A DNA stretch of 61,786 nucleotides, filler included, from Platydemus manokwari (lineage: Eukaryota), in NCBI GenBank assembly GCA_037951405.1. It is 5 parts of 5 records of this genome, joined end to end, with 100 filler letters (N's around TTAATTAATTAA, not from the genome) between each part and the next. Parts side by side here need not be neighbours in the genome. Positions count along the whole stretch, not along the records: positions 37,550 to 49,147 come from JBBMOY010576662.1; positions 49,248 to 61,786 come from JBBMOY010088899.1; 3 more parts are not named here. The stretch is one strand, 5' to 3'. A program made the translations under genes and the position numbers. The notes beneath the pieces are model-generated. The model saw nothing but the letters and a program-made list of their open reading frames with translations, did no database searches and had not been told where the DNA came from. Positions 37,672 to 51,360 of the stretch are shown piece by piece. Numbering within the stretch: position 1 is the first letter of the stretch; each line of letters opens with the position of its first letter.

Positions 37672-40600
37672 TATAAATCAATTCTATCTTTTAAATCATT
37701 TGTTTTAATTGAATAAACATTATTTTTGATTTTGTTTTAATTTTGCATTTTATATTAAATACTAGCTTGTACAGCTCGTCTGGCTAGATGAGATGGTTTG
37801 AGAAAACAGATTAAACTTTACCAAAGAAAAAACTAAAATCGAATTGTAAATATATAGTTTTTGTATCAAAAGAAATATAAAACCAAATGCAAGTAGTCTA
37901 GACCGGTAAAAAGATCGATAAAATTGTTGTTATTTTGCTTTGCCTAGTTACCTTTATAACTTTGGATAATAATGTGTAAAGAGAACTATAAAAACTCAGT
38001 CTTGTTGAGATTGTAGTTATCCAAAACCTTACACAGAAAGAAAATACAAATATGATACATTGTAAAGGCTTATAGTTCAGACTTATTTGTTTATAATTGG
38101 AAAAAGATTTTGATCTTATGATTTAGGGAAATGATTATTTAAAAAGATTTTGCAAATTAATTTTCATAATAGTATGGTTTTGGTTGCTTTGTCAAATTTT
38201 TCAGTAACATCAATTTTAAAGCGACATTTAGGGAAATATTTTTAAAATATGAAATGGAAAACTGTTCCAATTTTCTGATTTGTGATTGCACCTTTATTGA
38301 TGCACGTAGTCATGTAATCATTCTATAAATCTATCTGGTTTTTAGTCTGTTATCAATATATAATTTATAAATATTTTTCGGGTGGTAGACAAGCTGATAT
38401 CTAGAGAATTATGTTGCTGAGATAAAATATTTTCAAGATAAAGCTAGAGTGGATAAGAAATATTTTCAGTTTCAGACAGCCAATTAAATATTTCTAAATA
38501 ACCTTAACAAACCCAGACTTAAATGATCAGAGAAATAGACAAATCTAGATTTATGGAAGCAGATTTGATTTTATCTCTGCTTCTTGTTTGGAATGAAATT
38601 CGAAAAAATTTGATTTTATATAATTATATCACAATCAAATTTTAATAATTTCAATAAGAAAATAATCCTAAAAATATCATATTTTCTAGATTAAAATCGA
38701 ATTGGAGACTTATTAAAAATATGTTGCAAATAATAATGACGAAATTAAAGCATAAAAAACGTTTTAATTACAAATAATTTTAACTGATGCCAAATAGGAT
38801 ATAAAAACTGAAAAATTGATTTACAAGAATTTTTGAGAATTTTTACATATTATTTCATTTTTAATAATTACTTGGTGAATAATTCGTCTTCATTGATAAT
38901 ATCCCTTAGCATGAGATTACTTTCATTTTATTTTCGTTTTAGAATTAATATTGAGATTTACAACAATTTTTGATTCGCCTTTGATCAAAGTTGTTTCATA
39001 ATAATTACAAATAGTGTAATAATTAATAATCTAATAATCTTTAATCTAATCTAATAACTCCAAACAGCCTAGTGATCAGAGATGACCAAATAAAAGCACG
39101 AACACGTAAATTTGTACTTTAATAAAATATAATTTTATGTTTACTAAAACCTTTGAAAAAGCCAAATGTTATGATTTCAATTTAATTATAAATTATTCAA
39201 TCCACAGAAAATTATAATAAATGGACCCATAGTGCAGCCAAACTCTTCATTCGAAGAGATAAGATTGTCTAATTCTTAAAATCGTTATTAAATAATGAAA
39301 AAATTAAAAACTATACAAACAGTATAGAGAGTACAAAAATTTTGGTGGAAAAACATGTGCATTATCTTGAAGACACAACTTCACTGATATTGAGTTGGTT
39401 AAATTGGTTAGAGAATTACATGAGTATTTCAAAAGTAAGATTATCAAGATGGTGAGTGAAATTTCATTTTATTTTAATAACAAATTCTAGACAGTCTATT
39501 TATTGATGGAAATCATGAAATGAAATCAGTATAATATTTCAGTGATATACCATACTTTTAATAATTTAATTTTGTTTCATATATTTGATATTTTCTTTTG
39601 ATTATTTTTATAAAATACCTTATAATTAATGTTAAAATTTCTGAAAAATAAACCTTTAATAATAATATTTACAATGATGATGTTAATGGTTACTATGATT
39701 ACAGCGTTAAAATTTTACTGATGTCGGATAGTTCCTTTTGATTGCTACAAGCAAGATTATAAGATTCTTCAATCTGTAAACTCGTTATGAAAATTCCGGT
39801 GAATGATAATAGAATGTTTTATTGGATATGGATACAGGTAGTCAATTCGAATATCTTGGTAACCAATTATTCAGTAAATAATGCGTGGAGAAAATTATTG
39901 TACCGAAGCCTTTGGTGCAAATTCCTCCAGAGACAGTTGTTTGGATTTCTTAAAAACTGGACAAATTATTGGGGTTCAAAAGAATCGAAGGTTGCAATTT
40001 GAATTTCACAAAAACGTACTAATCAGTCCCTACCCAAAATGAATTTAAAACTCAACAAAAACTTCAAAATTCACAATCAACAACACCTAAAACTTGACTT
40101 CCAACTGGTAGTTGGGCATCTTGACATCAGTATTTATCCTTTGGATTTTTTGCTTCACATTTTAATTTGATCTTTAATATTTATTGATCTTGTGTACTCG
40201 GGATTAGTCAATTCCAATTCACATAAACCATGGAAATAACCATCGACACTCGTAGATTCAATATGCAAACACCAATAAGATGTATATCGTGCGAACCATA
40301 AGTCTCCGTCTCTAAAACTAAAATAAAACAAGAGTAAGAACAAATAACGGTAAATAATAAGCAATTTCATAGCAACTGTTCAAAATGTTCATCATCTTGC
40401 TTCAAACAGAGAATAACATTTACGGACGACTTCTTGATTGATGTTAATGAAATTGCTTTTTCAAGCTCGTTGAGCGTTGTATAATTGTTATAGATTGCAT
40501 AAACTCGATCTTTGATATAGCTACATAGCCAAAAGTTGAATTTCGTGTTATTTGGAGATCTTGGTGGTCATTTCTTTGTTCCTCTACAACTAATCCACCG

Positions 40601-41695
40601 CTGTTAAAATGTCTGATTATCGAGAGGGTTAATTTGATTTTACATGATATTAGAATTGATTGAACTCGTTTGTTGGATAGAGTGCATAAGCCGCAAAATC
40701 CAGCAGACATAATCAAAAGATAACAAGTAGTAAAGTTAGATGTCACGTCTCTGCATTAAAGCTCTGTACCACTGTTCACTCCCACCTTCAAATCAAGCAA
40801 TATCATAGTTATATATTTCATTATTTTTATTGTCAGAATAAACTGTTTCTCATGGTTCGAACTGTACATTATTATTTTACTGTAAGTGTTACAAAAGCAT
40901 TACGTGATCCAGATCTGAACATTAATAAGCAAACATAAATTTATCTTACAATGTGCCATTTTATTAGAAATGCTTTGTTCATTTTTTGAAAGAATCAAGG
41001 AATCATAAAATAATTATATAGTAAAGAATAAAATGTAATGATAAAGAAAACTATAAATGATAACAACAAATCAAAATATTGTTGAATGTGCAACAAAAAT
41101 TAAACCTGAAAACAAATATGCCTGATTATAATATAGTATTTAAACAGAGAAAGCAAAATTATCTAAAAAATATTAAAACATTAATTCAAATTTTGTTGGA
41201 AAACAAAATTAAATTTGTTATATCCTCGCATGATTTCTATGGAAACTCGTGATTCTTTACCCTGTAAGATCAAAGTTCAACTCAACTCATAAAAATCTAC
41301 CATTGTTTCTGTTTGCAGTAGCTACCTCATTTAAATTTATAAACTCTCAATAATAAATCATTGAGAAGTTTGTTTGAATTTATTCGAAAATTTTATTTTC
41401 AAAAACATATTTTTAAACAAATTAAAATATTTCCAAGATAACTTTAATTATCGCACATTAAAAATATTTAAATTATTCCAAAACTATTTCACCATAAATT
41501 TTCATTCATTTAAATCATATTTGAAAATTAAAAAAATTCTAAATCATTTTGATCATTTTATTTAACTTCGTTCCATTTATATTTATTAAAATTTTTCTCA
41601 CAGTTTCTATGACAAATACTGAGTAACCCCGAGCAACGTATATATATATACATTTGTTAATAAAAAACTTAAAACGAAACGATATTTATTCGTGA

Positions 41696-44175
41696 TCACA
41701 GTAAAAGGTTTCGAGCACCAGCTGATGCACTGATAAATGCAAGTGCCGTCGAACTGAAGCTGGTGCTACAAAAAATGAATCCCAGACTTATTGGAATCAC
41801 GGCAGTGTAACATATAAGCCAACAGTCGAGATTGGTTGATATTTGTGAGATTTGCATGCAATCATGGGGTGTGACTGATAATACAGACAGAACTAGCATC
41901 AATATATGACAAAGCCCAAGCAAACACGATAACACAAGCTCAAACCAACCCTTTATATTGATTACCAGGTCCAATTGCAGTGATAAATGCTGGGCAGACT
42001 CCAATACCGATCTAAATAACAAAGGAGATTGCTGAATAGTGCTACAGAAGAGGAGTAAAGCAAGGGTAGAAATTATAAGCGAGACGATATTGACTTGTTT
42101 TGAAGCTAGTTCCTTGTATTCACACACACATTTATGGCGCTCTAATAAAATGAGTACCAATGGTAGAGCGAGGACCTGTGGACAAGTAAAATTAAAGCGT
42201 GATGCTATTATTCCGCCAAAGAAGCATTGCATCACTGATATCGTTCGAATCTTGCGTAACACGTTCCCTGTGTCTACCGTTACTGAATTGGACTCAAGAC
42301 CAGAGTCGAGACAGCCATGCCGTTTAGCCAATATTAAAGCAACATTAAGTGGATATCCTACGGTGACGATGTACCGGTTAAATGCATTAGTGCCAAAAAT
42401 CATTTCAACAATCCATATAATCAATCCAAATGTCCAGATACGCATAAAGAATCGTTTGAATATACGAATTGATGATTGCGAAGCCAATTGAAATATGATA
42501 TGACCAATGACAACTATCAAGAACATCAAACAGTGATCAACCAAAATGAGATCGAACTAAATGATGAAATAGTAAAATAAAATTTAGAAAATTGAAATAA
42601 ATTATCGATAAATGGATTTATAATTGGCCTTTATTAAAATTCAATTGGGAAGAAATATAATTATCCACCGTAATATTCCCTAAACAATACGCACTTTCTT
42701 TTTTGGTCGTAAAACATGATAAAATAAAACAAGACTTTGATGTTACAAATTCATGGCCCGTCACGATCTCTCCGTACGTAAACGGGCGCACATCGCCCAT
42801 AAACGGCCAGAAGATAAAGTGCTTGCTTCCCAGAGATGCATTATTACAATAAAAAAGCAGCTGCGGCCGCCTCTGCATGATTGGAATTGCAGATCAAACA
42901 CCGCTGACCTTTGATCTGATCCAGCGAGTTCACGGTACCACCGTAAAAAATAAAATTAAAAGACTCGTGCCTATACAATGCGCTACAAGATTTTTTATCT
43001 CCAGGACTGGTAAAAAAGCGCCTTATCCAGGGAATAAAACGGTACTTTTCAAATATATTGATATATTGATCTCATATATTGATCTCCTTCGATAATAATA
43101 ATTATTATTAATATCAACTTAAAATTTTCAAATATCGCTATTATTTAATTTTCCCCAAATCTGGTAGCATTTTCATTCATTTGTGCTTGCTCTTGAAAGA
43201 TTGAAACACAGAAGTCTCGTAGCATAGATGAAATACCATGTGTGTTATACTTGTAAACGTGAGTTTTGATTTGGTACGATTTTACCGTTATAATTAGCAG
43301 TATTAATATTTAATATTAAATAATATTATTGTTATTTATTATCATTAAAATATGAATGAAAGAAAATAATAAATGATTTATGTAGAATAATTAAAATTGA
43401 AGAAAATTTAAAATTAAAAAAATGTCACGAAAATCGTGCTTTAAAATAGCTGAGCTGTAGAATTGTACAGAAAATGAATCTGGTCGTGTTATCGATATTA
43501 CATATCAAAGATAAAAATAAAAATCGAAATAGATGATTGAAAATATGAGATTCCATTTAGTTTAACGGTATAACTATTCCATTTCATTTAATATATACAA
43601 AAACTAATGCTCAATTTATTTTGGTTTCCGGTTAACCAAATCGAATCATTAGAGTTTTGAATCATAAAATTGATTTGATTAAAAATTACAAGAACGCTTT
43701 GTATATCGCGGGCGCCTCATAAGATCAATCAATCCCGGTATTATGGAAGGCGTTCTTGTATAATTTAATGAAATCATTTTCATCCTTATAAAATATTGAT
43801 TTGGTTAACATTGAGAATCAATTATTTTAACCCAAGACCAAAATATTTTAGACAGAATTCCACATCGATTGTTGGTTTAGGTAATAATATTTATAACTAA
43901 ATCTCTATCATTTATCAATTGATCGATAGAGAAATATTGACAAATATTCTGATCAATGGAACGAATATGATTGTGATAATTTGATCATATAATCATAACT
44001 TTATCAAATATCGAAATGATAAAAAATATCAAATCAAACCGTTGCTATAGCAATCAGAACACAGCCAATTGACAAAATAACACTTCGTTGCAAAGCTCGT
44101 GCCAGAATCCACCTGTCATCTTTTCCCTGTCGATAGATAAAGATTCCCACAAAAATTATACCGAATGGTAAAATC
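41696..44175 (-). CDS. Unassigned multi-pass membrane protein (large terminal exon 42556-41696; candidate upstream exon 44175-44040)
   Basis: A 286-codon open frame after a polypyrimidine-TAG acceptor at 42558-42557 carries about 7-8 hydrophobic segments. Exon 44175-44040 (ILPFGIIFVGIFIYRQ...SVILSIGCVLIAIAT) ends in phase 0 and is compatible with it. The family is not identified. Confidence 0.6.
43631..43809. mobile_element. Imperfect palindromic element (MITE-like hairpin)
   Basis: Outer arms GTTAACCAAATC / GATTTGGTTAAC and inner arms TACAAGAACGC / GCGTTCTTGTA. Confidence 0.6.
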
Positions 44176-45499
44176 CTAAAACGAAATAATGGGATTAATT
44201 TTCACAATATTCAACAGTAGATAGGTTATTATTTATATAAAATCGTTGTATTGAAATAAAGTTATCATTTCTAATATATTATATTGACATTATATTGACA
44301 TCGGCAATTTGTCATAATCGTAATTGAATTAACACAAATATTATTGATTATTATTATTATTTATTATAATTGTCAAAGCTACCACAGCATCTCTACATGC
44401 CACCATAGACATTGACTAAGGCAGAATAATAAATTTCAAATCGATATTTAAATTTGCCAATATTCCGGCTGTATGTTTTGTCAAATAACTTGATATTCAA
44501 AAATCAATTATGTAATCGTAGTAATTTTCTTAAATTTATCTTAATAATTATTATATAAAAATAATCACAATATTTTCGCGACTAAAATCTGCATAACTGT
44601 ATAAGTTACGAGCTTAGTTGGGGATTTTTAAAAAAATTATGTATATATCGGGCTCCACGAATAAGCCTCGTTGTTAAAGTCCAGTGTTGATAAACACGCG
44701 TTTAATTGTTACATCTTTAAAACATTCATGTTTTATCGATTGAATATTATTTTATGAATTAATTATTAAATTATCGATAATAATGATTTGAATGTTTAAA
44801 TTATAATTAGAGTTACGAAAACATCGAATTTCAATTATGGCTGAATTCAAACTATATGTATAAAATATTCGTCAGAAAAATGGTAAATAAGAAAATTTTG
44901 GAGAATACTGTGACATTCTTGAAGCATGCTATATCAATTCTGGCGAAGGATTAGATGGTTTCGAATAAATATTATTTTCAACTTTAATTGCTTCCATAAA
45001 ACAATTTAATAAATTAACAACAATTCCAATTAAAGTTAAAGCTTGAAATAATTATTTACTCTAGAAAATTTTATACTCATCTCGTAGTTTTGAAGTTTTC
45101 GTTATTTTCTGTGTATAACCATGGCATACCGTATCGAAAGTATAATATAATCAAAATCTTTCATTTTACAATAAATTTTTTAATAAATATTCTTCAGATA
45201 AAAATATTGCAATGATTTTTATTATTTAATAATAATTATTATTCCACACGTTCAAAACCTAATGATATTCACTTCTAATTGTCGTTAAGTTTACGATTAA
45301 CCTTCAATGGGACCAAAGCTTTGTTCAAAATAACACATAAAACTTTTGTCTTTTATCCAATACTTGAAATCTAATAAATTCTTTTAAAATTTTTAAAAAT
45401 AAAATTTTTATTTTTTAATCATCCAATTAATTTTTAAATAAATTTTAAATATATAATATTTTATATTTTATTAGATTATTTGATCCAATATATTATTTC

Positions 45500-47400
45500 T
45501 GTCTTTACATTCACCAATTCATTATAAATGCCGGCTAAGCCAAGCCTTTCATTTGCAATAAGCAGGCCCAGAGTTCAGTGAATTTGCACACACAAGAAAG
45601 CTACAATATGGATTATTATAAATAATATTAACTGTTGAATATTGGGAATGAAATATCATGAAAAATATTTCCACAAATGAAATTCTCACCAATTAATCAT
45701 TACACCGTATACCATTGCTATTAAAAGAGCTCTCATCATAATTGATTTGGTGATTTTAAAAATTTTCTGAATTCTCAAATTGGTCATGAAATCCAATAAC
45801 AGTGTGAGGCCTGATAAGAACACAACAATAATTTCAATTGAAGCATTTATTTTTTTTACCGAGGCACTGTAAAATGCTCATCTGGGAAACAACTTCCTCT
45901 CCTGTGACCCCATATGCTAGGAACATGAAAATGGGATCTCTCATCACCAAAATACATAGAAAGAGAAGAATCTATTTAAGATTTAATTAAATCAATTGAT
46001 TATAATATTATTATTACTTAATTATTATCTTTTATAAACACATTTATAATTATATTAATCTATTTTATTGAATCGTTAGTAAATAATTTCTTTATATATA
46101 ATTTTAATATTATTATTAATAAATCAAATTAGATAATTACTCCTTTAACCAATGAGATCGTTATCGATGATTTCGATTTCAGAGAATGCGACAAAATAAA
46201 ACCCGATAAAAGTGTAGCTAAAATCGATGTTGTATTAATGGTGACGCGATTATTAGTAGAACAGTGAATAATGATAATTATCAATTTCAATATCAATTGA
46301 CACTCGATCATTGCACTGGCGATTGTGGATATTCTCGAGCAACTGAAGAAACTATTCACCGGTAAAATATCACACCATCCCATTGAATGAATATCAAAAA
46401 TTAACAATTACCATAATTCCGTCACCAACAGGAAGACCCCAGTGACAAATGTGAAGGTCAATGGAGCCAAATGTGTAAAATAAAGACTCCATTCGGCGGT
46501 GTGAAACACTGAAAAAATACCACAATTTACAAATGAAAAATCATCAAATCATCTTAAAACAAATTTTCGCTTTTCGGATCAAATGTGAATGGGAAAGTGA
46601 TTCGTGAATTTATTTAATTCCTCATTGTCTGGATTGCTAACATTTATCAAGATTTATGTCATCAAATATATTGTTTATAATTATAAAATATCTGCTGTCA
46701 ATTCGATCATCGTGATAAAATTCTTATGAATGCACAATATCTACATTCGAGATCAATATTCGAGATTTAATTGGTATGAAATTCTGCCAATAATTCACAG
46801 AAAATATCAATTAAATAACATTCCCATACTCAATAAAATAGCTAATTTTCGGATTAAAAGATTCTAACAATCAATCTTATATAGTCACGTTTGTCGGATG
46901 CCTTGTTTCTAAGGTAAGTTTAAAAATAAATTCATTTTATTATTGGTTTGGATATCTTAAAACTGTTATTGGAAAAATATTGATATTAACTGAGTGTATT
47001 GAAATAATAAATGACAATTATAAAACTAATAACAACGAAATGAACCATTTTGTACTCACGGATAACCAGAACTGGTTTGGATCAGTAGCTATAATTAATC
47101 AAATTAAAACTCTCTAACGCATCGTTATCTTTAACAGATTTTTAAATAATACACTTCTTTTCCGACGATGATATTAACCGAATTAAATGATATTTGTTAA
47201 GATGATATTATACGAATACTGATATGGAGTGAGATGATATTGATTGATTTTGACAATGGATTGGCGTAATTTATAGCGTGTATAGATTTATGTGGGGATT
47301 GAGTAATAATCAATACTTATTTTGGTCATTATAAATCGAATCAATGAGCGAATAGCAAAGGAGATGAAGATGATAAATCTATTCCTGTATCTCGTCATTC
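45500..47400 (-). pseudogene. Multi-exon hydrophobic membrane-protein gene, apparently disrupted
   Basis: Splice-bounded exons encode VFHTAEWSLYFTHLAPLTFTFVTGVFLLVTELW, ISTIASAMIECQLILKLIIIII...SILATLLSGFILS, ILLFLCILVMRDPIFMFLAYG...SILQCL and GLTLLLDFMTN...ALLIAMVYGVMIN. The putative first and last exons contain stops or frame breaks. Confidence 0.45.
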
Positions 47401-47713
47401 ATTAATATGCCTATCAATATTACAATTAAACTTTTAATATATATTATCAGCCTTGATTATAAATTGATGAATATAATTTGATATTTATTTAAGCAATACA
47501 AATATTTACTTTGGAATTTGGCTTATTTTTTATTTCTCATTTTAATATTTATCGATTAATATAAGTTGGGGTAGAAGATTTATTATTTGATTAAGGAAAT
47601 ATTTACATTATTTATAAACAATGATCACCAAAAATGTATGGTTTATTTATATTTATTATTAATAATATATAAAACCCAAACCGTTCAAAATAACAGCCAA
47701 TTGTATCACATCA

Positions 47714-48699
47714 TTAAAACAAGCTATTACCTGTTACTAGGACTACAAATACAACATCAAAAGCAACCGATTGCTTGAAGCCTCGATTTGGACTGGAAAG
47801 GACTTTAACACCGATCAACGCTGCCATGCTCATGACAATGATGCTCAGATAAATTCTCTCCAGGAAAAATACCGTCCGGGGTAAAAGTCTGATAAAAACG
47901 ATTAGACTGATCGAACAATTATAACGAATAGCTATTACTGAATTCCCCATGGCATTTCCCAAGCGAATGCTATCATCAGCGCAGTAACTGTGGCAATGGA
48001 AATCTCGATCTTAAAACGTGATATCAAACATATAAAACAAATCGATGATTTCTACCCATCGTCGTGGATATGCCGATACCAATCCAAAACTAACACCGAG
48101 AGCTAACATTTCGAAGAAAACCAATCTTGCAGTATGGAAATGGACACCATGTGAATGAAGAACTGGCAACACTAAAGCATAACAAGCAATGCCACCAATT
48201 ATTGTGGCAGATTTTAAGTGGCGTTGGGTGATGGTGATATCTGTTAGATAAATGTAATCACGAATACTGATGAACATCGACTCCATGCCAACGAGGTATG
48301 AAAGGGGATCTAATTCCTTTCACCAGATTGCTAGAATCGATGACTCAATCAAATAAAACTGCAACTAACGCATATCGAGAAATCTACTGGACGGCAATAA
48401 ACAAGTGAATAGCAATGCTAAGGCCCAAATTCCCAAATGGTCGATCTATAAGCAAAGTAAACACAAGAAATACTCAAAAAACCAACAAAAATCTGATTCC
48501 AAGAAACCATGGATTGAAACAATGAATAAACAGTGACTGTCACATGTATAATAATACCACAAACAAATTGCACTAAGCACATAATGAGAGGCACTTCCTT
48601 CTTAGTCAGTGAAACTTGAGATAAAGTGACCATCCCAGCGGATCTCGAGAGAACTTGATAAATAAAAAATCTAAATAATGTCTGTATGGCAACGATCAT
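47714..48699 (-). pseudogene. Three-exon multi-pass membrane-protein gene with frameshifts and an in-frame stop
   Basis: Three hydrophobic ORF pieces are separated by two candidate short GT-AG introns (~48370-48331 and ~48054-48010). Frame breaks occur near 48420 and 47945, and a TGA lies near 48320. Confidence 0.5.
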
Positions 48700-49147
48700 T
48701 TATCATTTGACAAAACTCACACAAACAGTTGAAATATAAAAGGAATGTAAGATAGATCAACGTATAACAAAGAAACATATGACCAAATCGTGGAAATAAT
48801 CAATGGGAAAGAAATAAACAATACCACAGTTATATCGGAAAGATATTCACATTCTTCCTGAAAAATATTTAAAAATCAAACAAATCTGCAACACGATAAA
48901 CCTTTTTTAATTTATCAATTCCAAACTCAATAAACATAAAGGCTCCGTAATGAATGAGAAATATATGTGATATAATAAATATCAGACAATTCGAAAATTG
49001 TAAACTTTAATTATAATTAATTACAATTATAAATAAAAATTACTTACAAAATCTTAGGTAATACATCATAAATTACTTTAATTTCACAAATAGATATACA
49101 AGTAACAATTGTGAAAACGACACTACATAATGGATTAATTTTACTAC

Positions 49148-49247
49148 NNNNNNNNNNNNNNNNNNNNNNNNNNNNNNNNNNNNNNNNNNNNTTAATTAAT
49201 TAANNNNNNNNNNNNNNNNNNNNNNNNNNNNNNNNNNNNNNNNNNNN
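49148..49247. other. Artificial contig linker
   Basis: N44-TTAATTAATTAA-N44. Confidence 0.97.
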
Positions 49248-49320
49248 TGTTCAGCGTTATAACAATTTGTGTTAATAAAATACCTGCATAAAAACATGAA
49301 TAACTTTTGACTCAACCTGG
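49248..49320 (-). mobile_element. Tc1/mariner-type transposon terminus, same family as 12587-12655
   Basis: 69-bp exact reverse-complement match to 12587-12655; followed by TA at 49321-49322. Confidence 0.75.
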
Positions 49321-49387
49321 TAAGAATATTAATTTTAATAATTAAAAAGCCGGCGAACAATCACTATTGATTTACGTACTTAATTAC

Positions 49388-50310
49388 TTAACTTTTTACT
49401 CATATAGAAAGTCCATATTTTGTAAGCTTCGTCGTAAATCTCAGACAAATGTAAAATCACTTGAGCTTGAAATCGCCACGGAAAAATATCCTAATATGGT
49501 TTCATCAAATTTCTTAATAAATATTTATTCAAAATATAACTTGATAGCACCTTGTTACTTCCTTTAAAAATTTATTATCAGTCCAAACGTCGGCAATCCG
49601 TGCTGACGCATCTGTCAGATCAAAATATAACCTAACTCCGTGAATTGAGTCTCTTCTCCGCACTGAATTAGTTCATAGCCCATAAAGAACAATGCCATCC
49701 ATTGTGTTCGAGGAAGTTTATCGGGATCCCAATATTCTGAAATAAAATGCAACGGTATATATTGTTTATGATTTTTAAAACGAGAACCACATCAATATTA
49801 ATTCTGATATTCCTTAACATAATAAAACGTATTTACTTACTGGAACGAAAATAATCATTTCTCCATATTGATTTCTTCCCAATGGTGTAAACATTCTATG
49901 AATCTTAATATGTATTTACATATTTATAATTTCAATCTACTTTGAGTCTAAAAATTCATTAATCATCGCATCATCAATATTGGCGTAATCGAAATGTTCT
50001 GGGGTTCCTCTATGAGAACGTCTAATAGTACAAAATGAATCCAATTGTTTTCGAGCTTCTTTCATATCAAATTTTGTTGATCGTAAAAATCGAAGCAAGA
50101 ATTGAGAATCTATTCAATTCAAATATAATATAATGATGAATATTATTTTATTATCATACCAGTAAGACAATTGAAATGTGGCATCGATATTGCCCATTTT
50201 CGCAGTTGCTCAATTTCTTCATTTATGCGTGCTGGATTTTCTTTTAAATCATCTATAGCAACTTGTTTTGATGATTTGCTAATACCATCATAATGATATT
50301 TATCAGTCAT
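49388..50310 (-). CDS. CRAL-TRIO (Sec14-like) lipid-binding protein, alpha-tocopherol transfer protein/clavesin-like; 3'-partial
   Basis: Five exons encode AIDDLKENP..IEQLRKWAISMPHF, DSQFLLRFLRSTKFDMKEA, TPEHF, PLGRNQYGEMIIF, YWDPDK, EETQFTGVRLYFDL and DIFPWRF. The gene is cut by the transposon end and gap. Confidence 0.85.
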
Positions 50311-51360
50311 GATCACGGTTCGGTTCAATGAAGTCAGAAATTTAATCACAATATCTAATCCCACTGTAATTATTTAAAGAACTGAAACAGCACACACATT
50401 ATATGACAAAAGACTGAAACATTTTTTCAAGGACTGTGGTCAATTGGTTGGATAATGCTTATGTGTTTGCAAACTTTATAAAATCAATATGATAAGCTAA
50501 TGTGTCTGTGTACGATAATTAAGTAAATATCTATAATTTAGGTTATTTAAAAAGACTTTTTGAAATGGTTAAATAATTTTATTACATTGACGAAAATCCA
50601 TAGAATGATTAGGATTAATAATCATGATTTGAAAAAAGTGAAAATATTTGAAACATTTTACTATCAAAATCCAAAAAAAAAAGACAAACAAATCGAACAA
50701 CGAAGAATTTTGGTGATATCGAGATCTCATTTCAATTAGCTAATAAATATGATAATTTTTAGCCACTTCAATTTGAAAAACAACACATTGAAAGCGAACT
50801 GTAAAGTCAAGAAACCGAAACTCTATTTAAATACAAATATTTAAACAAAAAAATTAAATTTTTGGTTAAAATAATTTTATATTAAATTAGAATTAAATTT
50901 GAAATAAACTTGATTTAAAAATTTAATTAATTTAAAGTATCTTTCATTTTCCTTTTTTTTAAAAATTATTGATTTTGTTAATTTTCTCTGTGACGAATAG
51001 TCTTCATACTTCGTTACAATAAAAATCTTTTTCTTTTTACTTTTATTAACTTCTAGTCTACAACGTCTTTATGTCTTCGTTATATCTTCTTTATATGTTC
51101 TCAATTTAATCTCAGCATCTTTCTCCTTCTTTTCTATAATTTCCAGTCTTTGAATTGTACAGAATCGAATCCAGATGCGTGGTAACCATGTAAGCTGCTA
51201 CCAATTTATGAACCACACATTAAAAACGAACTGTAAAGTCAGGACAAGGAAAATCTATTTAAATACAAATACTAAAACAACCTAATTAAATTTCATATAA
51301 ATAAGATTTTATATAAAATAAGAATTAATTTGAATTGAATATTAAATTCATTTAATGAAA

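Noticed and set aside
39787-40746. Short ORFs of 71-100 aa as host genes
   Set aside because: No recognisable domains or consistent splice model; probably repeat-derived.
42039-42491. 150-aa plus-strand ORF
   Set aside because: Antisense shadow of the hydrophobic minus-strand ORF; no domain signal.
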